NCBI GenBank assembly: GCA_905203305.1
Contig: CAJKVH010000001.1
Location: 150,978 to 214,977 of the forward strand
DNA: 64,000 bases
Direction: 5' to 3'
Origin: an uncultured Eubacteriales bacterium
GTDB lineage: Bacteria > Bacillota > Clostridia > TANB77 > CAG-508
In this document: piece by piece, positions 31,551-40,303 of the stretch
How positions within the stretch are numbered: the stretch's first letter is position 1
How the letters are laid out: every line of letters begins with the position of its first letter
Translations under genes and position numbers: made by a program
The notes under the pieces: model-generated
Databases searched by the model: none
What the model saw: only the letters and a program-made list of their open reading frames with translations
Told to the model about the DNA's origin: nothing

Positions 31551-32924
31551 CTATTTTTTTCTTATTTGACTAATTTTATTGACTATTTTGTAAATTCTTC
31601 TTTCTTTTATGCTATTTAATTCGTTGGTGATTTTTTCGTTTTTATCACTCAATCTTTTTATTTCATCTTCTAAATTTAATATTCTTTTTTCTTTACTTTC
31701 ATTTTGATTACTAAAAAAAACTCTCTCTTCCCATATCTTCTCTTTTTGCTCTTCTAGATTTATAATTTTTTTTGATAATTTATTTATCTCACTATAAATC
31801 ATGCTATAATCTCTTTTTGTTTTTTCTTCATTATTTGGAATAGTAAAAATGTTATTATTAATATCATTTTCTTTCTTTAATTTTTCAAAATTACTTTTTG
31901 TTATTTTCTCTATTTCATTTTTAGACAAATTCATTAATTGTTTTACCTGTTCTTCAACTGTTAGGCTCTTTAAATTGTTTCCAGATAAATTATCTTCTAA
32001 TGCTAATTCGATATTTTCTTCGGATATTATCCCTTTTAAATTTTTATAACCACTTAAAACAACAATTCTTTTTATTGCCATTGCCTCTAATATGCATCTA
32101 TTAAGTCCTATTATAACTTCATTTTCATTTATTTTCTCTGTAACATTATCTACTGCACCTTTATATTCTATATTGTATCTGGATTTAAAGTCATTAACAA
32201 TATTTATTATTTCATCTTTTTTATCTCCATCTCCAATTATTGTAAGTTTTGTATCTAAACCTGTCTCATCTGTATACTTTATAAACACATCTATAGCATT
32301 TTTTACAGATATTAATTTTTCATGTGCTATTCTACTTACTATTAAAAATTTTCTTACTTTTTCAACATCTAATTCTTTCTCAGTTGTATATATATCGAAA
32401 TTCACACAATTTCTCTTTATAATATATTTTCTAGAATCTACTATATTAAATTTTTGTTCTATATGATTTTTAGCACTTTCAGATATACAAACTATTTTAT
32501 ACGCATTTTCTAAAAATACTTTTATTGATAAACTATATATATTAAAGTTATTTACAAACCAATCATATGTCTCAGAAAGTTCATCATGAGCATAATATAC
32601 ATATGGTATATCTACTTTTTCACATACCATTAGCATTAGGGGAATACATATTATTTTATGTACTTGTATTTCATCTATTTTTTTTTCTTTTATTATAGAA
32701 ACTACTTTTTCTACTTCTTCAGTGTCAAATGTATTTGTAACTTTATACTCGCAATCAATTATTTCTATCTTCTCTTTTTCTATCTTTGACTTATTTTCAC
32801 CATTTCCTGCTAATACATATACATTGAAACCTTTTTTCTTTAATGCTAAAGCTTGGCTAAAAACAACACTTTCAACTCCACCAATTCCTAAAGTTTCTGT
32901 ACATATTAAAATATTTTTTGACAT
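31551..32924 (-). CDS. GT4-family glycosyltransferase with C-terminal coiled-coil tail
   Basis: N-terminal GIGGVES GT-B pattern. The last 90 aa or so are heptad-like and K/E-rich. GGAGA RBS. Confidence 0.7.
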   Translation of the reverse strand: MSKNILICTETLGIGGVESVVFSQALALKKKGFNVYVLAGNGENKSKIEKEKIEIIDCEYKVTNTFDTEEVEKVVSIIKEKKIDEIQVHKIICIPLMLMVCEKVDIPYVYYAHDELSETYDWFVNNFNIYSLSIKVFLENAYKIVCISESAKNHIEQKFNIVDSRKYIIKRNCVNFDIYTTEKELDVEKVRKFLIVSRIAHEKLISVKNAIDVFIKYTDETGLDTKLTIIGDGDKKDEIINIVNDFKSRYNIEYKGAVDNVTEKINENEVIIGLNRCILEAMAIKRIVVLSGYKNLKGIISEENIELALEDNLSGNNLKSLTVEEQVKQLMNLSKNEIEKITKSNFEKLKKENDINNNIFTIPNNEEKTKRDYSMIYSEINKLSKKIINLEEQKEKIWEERVFFSNQNESKEKRILNLEDEIKRLSDKNEKITNELNSIKERRIYKIVNKISQIRKK

Positions 32925-33187
32925 TTCGGTCTCCTTTTTATTTTGCTTTTCTTTTTTTCTGCTTTTTCATTTAAGTATTTTATTAATATTTCTTGGTTTG
33001 GTACGACATATGTTGTTACATCATCTCCAAATGCCATTTTATCATTTTGTACACCGTTTGTAGCAAGTATTATTTTTCCTTTACAACTATTTTTTATTTT
33101 TTCTATTGTTGTTTTTAGAATTGCTTCACATCCCTTATTTGATGTTGATCCTTCTCCATATAATAAAAAGTTTTTTTCTTTTTTCAT
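32906..33187 (-). CDS. 93-aa ORF resembling the N-terminus of a polysaccharide pyruvyl transferase (probable remnant)
   Basis: LLYGEGSTSNKGCEAILKTTIEKIK...GKIILATNG resembles PS_pyruv_trans N-termini. Strong GGAGGGAGG RBS. Ends inside the start of the next gene. Confidence 0.35.
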   Translation of the reverse strand: MKKEKNFLLYGEGSTSNKGCEAILKTTIEKIKNSCKGKIILATNGVQNDKMAFGDDVTTYVVPNQEILIKYLNEKAEKKKSKIKRRPKCQKIF

Positions 33188-33323
33188 CCATCAAACCTCC
33201 CTCCGTTATACTTGCTATTTTTGCTTTTTTCTTTGCTAATTCTATCACATTTATACTACAATATTCAAGCATTTATAAAAAAAAGACTCTAGCTTTTACA
33301 CTAAAGTCAATATTTTTTATTAT

Positions 33324-33599
33324 TTATAAAAATAAATCTGAATGACTACCTGTTCGTGAAGCCGTAATCGTTACTTTATCATTTTCATAATAATAAATTA
33401 ATAACCAATCTGGTTGAATATGACATTCTTTAAATCCGTTTATATTTTCCTTGTAATATATGTTCTCTATATCTTTCTGGTAACTTTTCTCCTTTTATTA
33501 ACATATTAATAACTTCTTTTAGCTTATTAATGTCATACCCTCTTTTTTTATTATTTTATAGTCCTTTTTAAACTGGTTTGTATAATTAATATGATACAC
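33324..33599 (-). pseudogene. yafQ: YafQ/RelE-family type II toxin, disrupted by two frame changes (A7 tract, then AAA-CGG-A)
   Basis: Three in-frame pieces: VYHINYTNQFKKDYKIIKK / RGYDINKLKEVINMLIKGEKLPERYREHILQGKYK / GFKECHIQPDWLLIYYYENDKVTITASRTGSHSDLFL. A -1 change is needed in the A7 run (33543-33549) and a +1 change at CGG (33436-33438). Confidence 0.75.
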
Positions 33600-33600
33600 T

Positions 33601-33870
33601 CTATTTATCCAACTCCTCAAACATTTCATCTACATTATCAAATGTTTCACTTACATTTTTTTGTTTTTTCGCATCATCCATAGCTTTTAATGTTATTCTA
33701 TTATAATTCGCTTTCCTTATTTCAAATGGTATACCATCATTTATAATCACTTGTCTTAAAAAAACATTAATAGCATCTGATATCGACAATCCTAATTCAC
33801 TTAAAGTTTCTTCTGCTTTTTCTTTTACACTTGGTTCTATTCTAATGTGCAATGTATCTGTTTTAGCCAT
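33601..33870 (-). CDS. dinJ: RelB/DinJ-family antitoxin
   Basis: MAKTDTLHIRIEPSVKEKAEETLSELGLSISDAINVFLRQV is a typical DinJ ribbon-helix-helix. The ATG at 33870 has a GGGAGGTG RBS. The track N-terminal extension is spurious. Confidence 0.85.
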   Translation of the reverse strand: MAKTDTLHIRIEPSVKEKAEETLSELGLSISDAINVFLRQVIINDGIPFEIRKANYNRITLKAMDDAKKQKNVSETFDNVDEMFEELDK

Positions 33871-33901
33871 AATACAACACCTCCCATACCATATTATATG
33901 T

Positions 33902-33930
33902 ATTGTATCACATTTTATACACATTTTCAA
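33902..33930 (-). promoter_or_regulatory. Putative promoter of dinJ-yafQ (TTGAAA-17-TGaTACAAT)
   Basis: Minus strand: TTGAAA (33930-33925), 17-nt spacer, extended -10 TGATACAAT. Confidence 0.5.
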
Positions 33931-33958
33931 TACTTTTGTTCACATTTAAATTTATAAA

Positions 33959-33985
33959 TTGACTTTTTTGTTTATTTGATATAAT
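33959..33985 (+). promoter_or_regulatory. Orphan plus-strand promoter (TTGACT-15-TGaTATAAT)
   Basis: TTGACT 33959-33964, extended -10 TGATATAAT ending at 33985. No ORF with a start codon follows. Confidence 0.4.
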
Positions 33986-33991
33986 TCATAA

Positions 33992-34066
33992 TACGAAAGG
34001 AGGTTCGTTCTTAAAAGAACGTAATTTTTATTGTCCGATAGTCGAAAGACTATCGATTTTTATTTT
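33992..34066 (+). ncRNA. Candidate small RNA of about 75 nt (promoter plus two hairpins plus intrinsic terminator, no ORF)
   Basis: Hairpin 1 is cgttct-taaa-agaacg (34006-34021). Hairpin 2 is cgatagtc-GAAA-gactatcg (34036-34055), followed by aTTTTTaTTTT. Confidence 0.3.
34036..34066 (+). terminator. Intrinsic terminator (8-bp perfect stem, GAAA tetraloop, T-tract)
   Basis: cgatagtcgaaagactatcgatttttatttt. Confidence 0.6.
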
Positions 34067-34091
34067 CTCAAAATCTTGTACTTGCATCATT

Positions 34092-34120
34092 ACAACAAAA
34101 ACCCCGTATAACTTACGAGG
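34092..34120 (-). terminator. Probable terminator of the cps operon
   Basis: Minus strand cctcgta-agtta-tacgggg (one G-U pair), followed by TTTTTGTTGT, 8 nt after the cpsB stop. Confidence 0.45.
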
Positions 34121-34127
34121 TCTTTTA

Positions 34128-34910
34128 CTACTTCTTCAAATTAACAATCATTTTCTCTTTCAAAGATAGCTTAAACATAGAAGGTTCATCAACATCAATA
34201 ACCTTATTCTCCAAAACAAGAGAAGGATTATAAGATGTAATCTCATAAAGCTTATCCTTACCGACAATCTCTTCAATCTTAGACAAAGCTTCAGGGATTC
34301 TTGGATAAATAGTATTTTTTTTATGAACATCACTACCTAAAAAATGAACCATATTATTTTCTAAAAGTTTTCTAACAATAAGTTCCGCTTTTTCTCCATA
34401 TCTACCTAAAATACTACCATAATTTGACTGCATAAGTACGCCTTTTTGTATCAGATCATATATTAATTCAGGTTCTTTTTGAACAAAAGAATATCTTTCT
34501 GGATGGGCTAATACTGGAATAAGTTTATATTCTAACATATCATATATAATATCATACATATTCAAAGGTTTCGTGTTCATAGGAAACTCGAAAAGCACAT
34601 AGTTTGAATTGTTTATACTTGTTGCTTTTCCTGTTTCTAAAAGCTTTATAATATTTTCTGTTATATAAACTTCGTTTCCAAGATAAAGTTTTAAATCTAT
34701 ATTTTTTTTATATAAATTTTCTGATAAAGCATTTATCCATACTTTTCTTTCTGCTACATTTACTTCGTAATATTTTTCAATATAATGTGATGTTGAAATT
34801 ACACTATCAAAGCCAACTTCTTTTGCCTCTTTCAATAGTTCAAATGTTTCTTCAACACTTTTAGATCCATCATCTACATTTGGAAGTATGTGTGAATGAA
34901 AATCTATCAT
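34128..34910 (-). CDS. cpsB: PHP-family tyrosine-protein phosphatase (CpsB/YwqE type)
   Basis: MIDFHSHILPNVDDGSKS...AHPERY motifs. Confidence 0.9.
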   Translation of the reverse strand: MIDFHSHILPNVDDGSKSVEETFELLKEAKEVGFDSVISTSHYIEKYYEVNVAERKVWINALSENLYKKNIDLKLYLGNEVYITENIIKLLETGKATSINNSNYVLFEFPMNTKPLNMYDIIYDMLEYKLIPVLAHPERYSFVQKEPELIYDLIQKGVLMQSNYGSILGRYGEKAELIVRKLLENNMVHFLGSDVHKKNTIYPRIPEALSKIEEIVGKDKLYEITSYNPSLVLENKVIDVDEPSMFKLSLKEKMIVNLKK

Positions 34911-34929
34911 TGCCTTTCTCCTTCGGTTT

Positions 34930-35907
34930 TTATAAATCTTTCTTTTCGTTATCTAAATATTCATTTATTTGTTTTAATATATCGTTTGTTTTATCTAATG
35001 GAATCTGTTCATTATTGTTATCATTTTGTATTTCAGGAGCTTTTGGTGTAAATATTGGGTCAGATTCTTCTCTTAGAAAATCGTTTTTACTAAAATCAGT
35101 ATCATCATTTTCTTCATTGTAGTTTGTATTATTTTTGAAAGAAAAGCTTTCATTTCTTATATTTTTCTTTGCAACATTTGCTTTTTTAGATTTTCCAGAT
35201 AATATTTTATCTTCACCATAATAATAATATTTTTCTCCATATTTCTTAGCTGATACTGGAACTTTATTTATTACAACACCTGCAATTTTCCCACCAACAT
35301 TTTTAATATTTTTTACAACTCTTTCTAATGCATCTTTTTTAGTTATTTTGTGAGCTGTAACTATTAATGTTGAGTCAACAATTCTTGATAAAATAACAGA
35401 ATCTGTTACCAATTCACTTGGTGTACCATCTATAATTATCAAATCACATACACTTTTTAAATAATCTAAAAGTCCTATCATTTGGGCTGATACTAGTAAC
35501 TCTGAAGGGTTTGGTGGTACGTTTCCTGCTGTTATTACATATAGATTTTCAACCTCTGTTGGTTGAATATAGTTTCCTACATCTTCAGATAATCTTCCAC
35601 TTTCATCAATTTGAACTTGTGATAAAAAGTTAGATAGACCAGGTTTTGGTGATACCCCAAAAATAGCGTATTGTCTACCTTTTCTCATATCTGCATCTAT
35701 TAATACAACTTTTTTACCAGCCTGTGCAAATGTAACAGCTAAGTTTGATGCAACCCAACTTTTTCCCTCACTTGGAAAAGTTGAAGTTACAAGTAAAGCT
35801 TTCATTTTTTTATTTACATCCATAAATTGTATATTTGTTCTTAAAGTTCTAAAAACTTCAGAAATTGGTGATTTTGGATTTTTATATGCAATTACTTCTT
35901 TTTTCAT
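34930..35907 (-). CDS. cpsD: BY-kinase (CpsD/YwqD-type tyrosine autokinase) with long C-terminal extension
   Basis: Walker A SEGKS, Walker A' and B (VLIDADMRK, IIIDG), Tyr cluster YGEKYYYYGED, then about 90 more N/D/K-rich residues. Confidence 0.88.
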   Translation of the reverse strand: MKKEVIAYKNPKSPISEVFRTLRTNIQFMDVNKKMKALLVTSTFPSEGKSWVASNLAVTFAQAGKKVVLIDADMRKGRQYAIFGVSPKPGLSNFLSQVQIDESGRLSEDVGNYIQPTEVENLYVITAGNVPPNPSELLVSAQMIGLLDYLKSVCDLIIIDGTPSELVTDSVILSRIVDSTLIVTAHKITKKDALERVVKNIKNVGGKIAGVVINKVPVSAKKYGEKYYYYGEDKILSGKSKKANVAKKNIRNESFSFKNNTNYNEENDDTDFSKNDFLREESDPIFTPKAPEIQNDNNNEQIPLDKTNDILKQINEYLDNEKKDL

Positions 35908-36617
35908 TTTCTTTTTCCTCCTTTGTCATTTCCAAAGTTTTCTATATAAGGAACTGTTACTAATACTGGTAAACCAACACCTTTTTCTACATCTTCTGGT
36001 GTTTTTATAGTTGTATCTAATATATTTGCAATTAATACATACATTATAGATATTACAAGTCCTAAAAATGCAAATATTACTATATCCTTACCATGATGTA
36101 TATTTGATGGTACATCAGAAACTTCTGCATCATCAACAATATAGATGTTGTTAATGTTATATATTTCTGAAACCATGTTTGAGAATATTTTTGCTGTTTC
36201 ATTTGCAATTTTTGCAGAATATGCTGCATTTTCGTTTGTTACAGTTATTTTTATAACTTCTGTATCTTCTACAGATTTTACTGTTACATTTTTTCTTAAT
36301 TCATCTTCATTAACATCTATATTTAAGTTTGAAATAACTTGTCTTAAAACTTTGCTACTTTTTACAAGTTCACTATATGTAGATACTAATTTTGAGTTTA
36401 ATGTTACATCTGTTGTTGTAATTGAATTTGTTCCATCATTTTCTTTAGATTGTTCAGATCCTGTAAGAACAAGTGTTGTTGATGAACTGTATTTTGGAGT
36501 TGTGAAACCAAATGTATAAATTACTCCTATTCCAGTTGTTATTATTACTATTAATATTATTTGAAAAATTTTGCTTAAAAACAAGCTAAATAATTCTTTT
36601 AAATCTAACTCTTCCAT
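35904..36617 (-). CDS. cpsC: Chain-length determinant / BY-kinase modulator (CpsC/YwqC, Wzz family)
   Basis: Two TM segments flank a periplasmic-type domain. 4-nt overlap with cpsD. Confidence 0.85.
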   Translation of the reverse strand: MEELDLKELFSLFLSKIFQIILIVIITTGIGVIYTFGFTTPKYSSSTTLVLTGSEQSKENDGTNSITTTDVTLNSKLVSTYSELVKSSKVLRQVISNLNIDVNEDELRKNVTVKSVEDTEVIKITVTNENAAYSAKIANETAKIFSNMVSEIYNINNIYIVDDAEVSDVPSNIHHGKDIVIFAFLGLVISIMYVLIANILDTTIKTPEDVEKGVGLPVLVTVPYIENFGNDKGGKRK

Positions 36618-36632
36618 TTAAATTTCTCCTTG

Positions 36633-37484
36633 CTAATCTTCTGGTGTATATTGTTCTTTTTCTCTTTTAGCTTTTCTAACCCCTTTTATTATTCCATAAA
36701 TTATTGTTAAAATTATTCCTAAGCTAAGCAATATACTTCCCGCATATAATATTTTTCCTAATATTTCATTTAATATACTTTGTAATACATCAGATATTCC
36801 GCTGTTTAATAGAATTATTGTACTTATATTTATTTTTGAGCTAATATAAATTTTAGCTAAAATTAAAAGTATTCCATCAATTACAAAAGCTGTTCCAATT
36901 CTTGCTAAAATTCTATATATTCTTCTTATTGTTAACAAAATTAATAATAAGACTGAAACACCTATAACTACTAATAATGCCTTATTTGCTAAATCTATGT
37001 ATTTATTTATTTGATTTAATGCTGAATTTATTTTCTTTTCATAATTGGTATGTGAAATAGTTGTTTCATACTCACTGCATATTGTTTCAACAAAAGTATC
37101 TATTGCCTTTTGTTCAGTAGCTGTAGTTTTTCTATTTAAAGAATTATTTATGTTTTTGTTTAAATTATCTTTTATTTCTTCTGTATCTATTTTTTCATCC
37201 ATACCATTATATATATTGTTTATTATTATTTTGGTATCTTTTTGTATTTTTTCCTTTGTTACTATATCTTTTAAAACTTCTTCATCAAGCCCTGATTGGT
37301 TTATGTAGTTTTCAAAATTAGATTCTACTTCATTATATGTTTTTTCATAATAGTTTTGTTCTTGTAATTTTCCTAAAACATATTCTTTGCTTAGTATAGA
37401 AGAAGTTAATATATTTATTGTAATTAATGCAAGTATTGCTAGTGCCAATATTGTTGCAACTATGTATTGTAATATTCTTTTCAT
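36633..37484 (-). CDS. Hypothetical membrane protein (N-terminal TM, helical ectodomain, C-terminal multi-TM)
   Basis: 283 aa, TAGGAGGAAG RBS, located between the sortase gene and cpsC. Confidence 0.6.
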   Translation of the reverse strand: MKRILQYIVATILALAILALITINILTSSILSKEYVLGKLQEQNYYEKTYNEVESNFENYINQSGLDEEVLKDIVTKEKIQKDTKIIINNIYNGMDEKIDTEEIKDNLNKNINNSLNRKTTATEQKAIDTFVETICSEYETTISHTNYEKKINSALNQINKYIDLANKALLVVIGVSVLLLILLTIRRIYRILARIGTAFVIDGILLILAKIYISSKINISTIILLNSGISDVLQSILNEILGKILYAGSILLSLGIILTIIYGIIKGVRKAKREKEQYTPED

Positions 37485-37497
37485 ATTTTGCTTCCTC

Positions 37498-38118
37498 CTA
37501 ACTTTCTAATTCTGCATATACCACATATCTTTGTGTTGCATAACCTATGTTGTTAAATGGATAACATGTATATACCATCAAAATCTCTTTTTCTTTTTGA
37601 ATTGGAAGCTTATCAACATCTGTTTCTTTTATTAACTGCATATCATATATTTTGTATTTGAAATCTCCATATGTTGTAGAAACTTCTATTTCATTTCCTT
37701 TTTGTAACTCTGAAAATCTTCTAAACATTTTCTTTGAGTTATGTCCCATATATATTATTGATCCACCTTCTCCTGGAAAATAACTACCACTTGAGTGCCC
37801 TACTCCTTTTTTTAGAATATCTAAAGTATCTCCATAATATACTGGTAAATCTACATCTATTTTTGGTATTTTTATTGTAGCATATTTTGTTCCGTATTCA
37901 GGATAATTTTTTAATTGTTTATTTTCATCTATTACTGTATTAACAACTTCATTTCCATCACTTACACCTATTGACACTTTGCTTACTAATGACATTGTAT
38001 CTTCTACTTTAGCCCCTAATAGAAAATACCCTGCTCCTAATAAAATAACAGTAATAAATAAAGCAACTATTAATTCTATAATAGTTGCTTTTATTGCATC
38101 TTTCACTAAATTATGCAT
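37498..38118 (-). CDS. Sortase family transpeptidase
   Basis: N-terminal TM anchor, catalytic His (YMGHN), TCYP Cys motif and Arg (QRYVVYA). Its start overlaps the substrate stop by 8 nt. Confidence 0.85.
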   Translation of the reverse strand: MHNLVKDAIKATIIELIVALFITVILLGAGYFLLGAKVEDTMSLVSKVSIGVSDGNEVVNTVIDENKQLKNYPEYGTKYATIKIPKIDVDLPVYYGDTLDILKKGVGHSSGSYFPGEGGSIIYMGHNSKKMFRRFSELQKGNEIEVSTTYGDFKYKIYDMQLIKETDVDKLPIQKEKEILMVYTCYPFNNIGYATQRYVVYAELES

Positions 38119-38629
38119 TAGCTAATTTCTTTCTAGCTACTGCTACTGAAGCTAGGGCTATAACTGCTATTGAAGAAACAACTAAAACTATATTATTATT
38201 TCCTGTATAAGCAAGCTTTCCACCATTGTTTCCAATAGTTTCGATTAATTTTCCGTCTTTGTATATTTCAACTGAATTAGCTTTGAATGATAATGTTGCT
38301 CCAACAATACCTGCAGCTTCATTTGCTAATGATTTTAATTCTGCTTTTTTGTCAGCTGGTAATGATTTGTAATCTTTTGTTCCAGCTTCGTCCATTATTT
38401 TTGCAGCTGCATTAGCTTTTGCTACTATTGCATTTGCTTCTGCTTCTGTAACTGGATTGTCTGCTAAGTATCTTTCGATTTTTACTTTATCTCCATTTGT
38501 CATTCCATATTTTGCTCCTATATTGTATAAAGTTTGTGCTAGGTTGTCGTTTGTTGTAGCATTTACTCCTGTTACTGTCATTAATATTAACATTACTGCT
38601 AAAATTGAAATTGTTAATAATTTTTTCAT
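38111..38629 (-). CDS. Small secreted protein with C-terminal LAYTG cell-wall sorting signal (probable dedicated sortase substrate)
   Basis: Signal peptide. C-terminus is KLAYTG-NNNIVLVVSSIAVIALASVAVA-RKKLANA (motif, hydrophobic stretch, basic tail). AAGGAGGA RBS. Confidence 0.8.
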   Translation of the reverse strand: MKKLLTISILAVMLILMTVTGVNATTNDNLAQTLYNIGAKYGMTNGDKVKIERYLADNPVTEAEANAIVAKANAAAKIMDEAGTKDYKSLPADKKAELKSLANEAAGIVGATLSFKANSVEIYKDGKLIETIGNNGGKLAYTGNNNIVLVVSSIAVIALASVAVARKKLANA

Positions 38630-38659
38630 CTTTTATCCTCCTTTTTTTATTATGTGTTC

Positions 38660-38688
38660 ATTATACCATTTTGTCGTTTTGTTGGCAA
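38660..38688 (-). promoter_or_regulatory. Internal sigmaA promoter (TTGCCA-17-TGgTATAAT) driving substrate-sortase-...-cpsCDB
   Basis: Minus strand: TTGCCA (38688-38683), 17-nt spacer, TGGTATAAT (38668-38660). Confidence 0.55.
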
Positions 38689-38742
38689 TAGTTTTGGGTG
38701 ATTTTTTTGTTGAAGTTTATTAGAACTTATATATATTTTTTA

Positions 38743-40290
38743 TTATATTTTAAAATTCTCCTTTTTTACGTTTTTATTAAATTTATTAATAAAATTTTTT
38801 AATAAATTTAATAGTTCTTTGTACTCTGTCGTATTTTTCATAAATAAAATAAATACCGCCGTTCCTATTGCAAATGAAACAATTAAATCTATAATAATCT
38901 TAGTTATATTGTTTGAAATCGAAATACATCTTAAAATAAACAGAGATATTATTAAAGATATTATTGCTATCAATACATATTTTATTAAATCAATATAATA
39001 CAATTTGATATTCTTTTCAAACAAAGGCTTAAAGACATATTTGGGGTAACTGAAGATTATTAAAAACAAATAACTAACTATTGTTCCTAATATTATTCCT
39101 GGTAGTCCAATTATATTTACCAATATAATTGATACCAAAATATTTATAATTGGCATAACAATATACATATTTTTATCTTCCTTGCAAATTCCTCCTGCAT
39201 CCTTGAATATTGTAATTGCTCTTCTTATACTATCAACATAAATATATACGCCAAACAAAATTAGTGTTGCTATTGACAATAAATATTCTTCGCCTATCCA
39301 TAACTTTATAAATTCTTGACCAATCATAATAAACATTATTGATCCCATAATTGATATATATGAATTAACTAATGTAATTTCCCTATATATTAAATAACTC
39401 TTTGTTTTATTGTTATCTGTCAATAAATTTCCTACACTTGCAATAAAGCTAGAAATAAACTGATATATGATGCTAGTAACCGCATTTACAATAGTAAAAT
39501 AATTTGTATATAATCCAACTTGAACTATACCTAAAAACAATGAAATTATTATATTATCGGCTCCCTTATTTACTACAAAAGCTATTTTTTGAAATGCAAT
39601 TGCTTTGACTCTTTCGAAAATATCTTTCCTTTCTTCATCAGAAATTCTTTTCTTCGTTTCCTTTAAATATATATAATTTTTATTAACATAAACATTAATT
39701 ACTATATTTTCTGCAATTCTAAAGAATAACTTCACAATCAAAAATATAAGATAGTTATGAAATAATTTTAAAACTATAATTTGGGTAATGTTCATAAAAA
39801 CAATATAAAACACATGTACTATATTTACTATATAATTTTTTTGATCTGCATATAATAAAGATCTTTTATACGTAAGTGTATACGAAAATACAACATCCAG
39901 CAAAGAAACTAAATATAATAAATATAAATTGTCCCTTATAGTAATTTCTCCAACAATTTTAGGAATAAATGGCATTATTAATAATCCACATATTAATATT
40001 ACTAAAGCTACATATCTATAGCATATTTTATAAAAATGCATCCATTTATTTATTTCTTTATAATCGTTTTCTTTTAAAGGTTTATACAATTTAAATACTA
40101 TCGCGGTTCCAATTCCAAGCTCTGCTACAGAAAGCATTGTTAAAATATTAGAAAACAATCCATTTATTCCGGAATACTCTATTCCTAATATATATATTAT
40201 GTATCGTTGTGTCACAAAATTAAAAATTAACATTGCAAAATAAGAACCCATTGTTCCTAATATGTTAAAAATAGATCTTTGCTTTCTCAT
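38743..40290 (-). CDS. wzx: Polysaccharide flippase (Wzx, MOP superfamily)
   Basis: 515 aa, about 14 TM segments, Polysacc_synt-like pattern. Confidence 0.8.
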   Translation of the reverse strand: MRKQRSIFNILGTMGSYFAMLIFNFVTQRYIIYILGIEYSGINGLFSNILTMLSVAELGIGTAIVFKLYKPLKENDYKEINKWMHFYKICYRYVALVILICGLLIMPFIPKIVGEITIRDNLYLLYLVSLLDVVFSYTLTYKRSLLYADQKNYIVNIVHVFYIVFMNITQIIVLKLFHNYLIFLIVKLFFRIAENIVINVYVNKNYIYLKETKKRISDEERKDIFERVKAIAFQKIAFVVNKGADNIIISLFLGIVQVGLYTNYFTIVNAVTSIIYQFISSFIASVGNLLTDNNKTKSYLIYREITLVNSYISIMGSIMFIMIGQEFIKLWIGEEYLLSIATLILFGVYIYVDSIRRAITIFKDAGGICKEDKNMYIVMPIINILVSIILVNIIGLPGIILGTIVSYLFLIIFSYPKYVFKPLFEKNIKLYYIDLIKYVLIAIISLIISLFILRCISISNNITKIIIDLIVSFAIGTAVFILFMKNTTEYKELLNLLKNFINKFNKNVKKENFKI

Positions 40291-40303
40291 TTCTTGTCTC
40301 CTT

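Noticed and set aside
33324-33930. A prophage, integrative element or other mobile DNA around the TA locus and gene remnants.
   Set aside because: There is no integrase, transposase, recombinase, phage structural gene or flanking direct repeat in the window. Only the TA pair itself suggests accessory origin.
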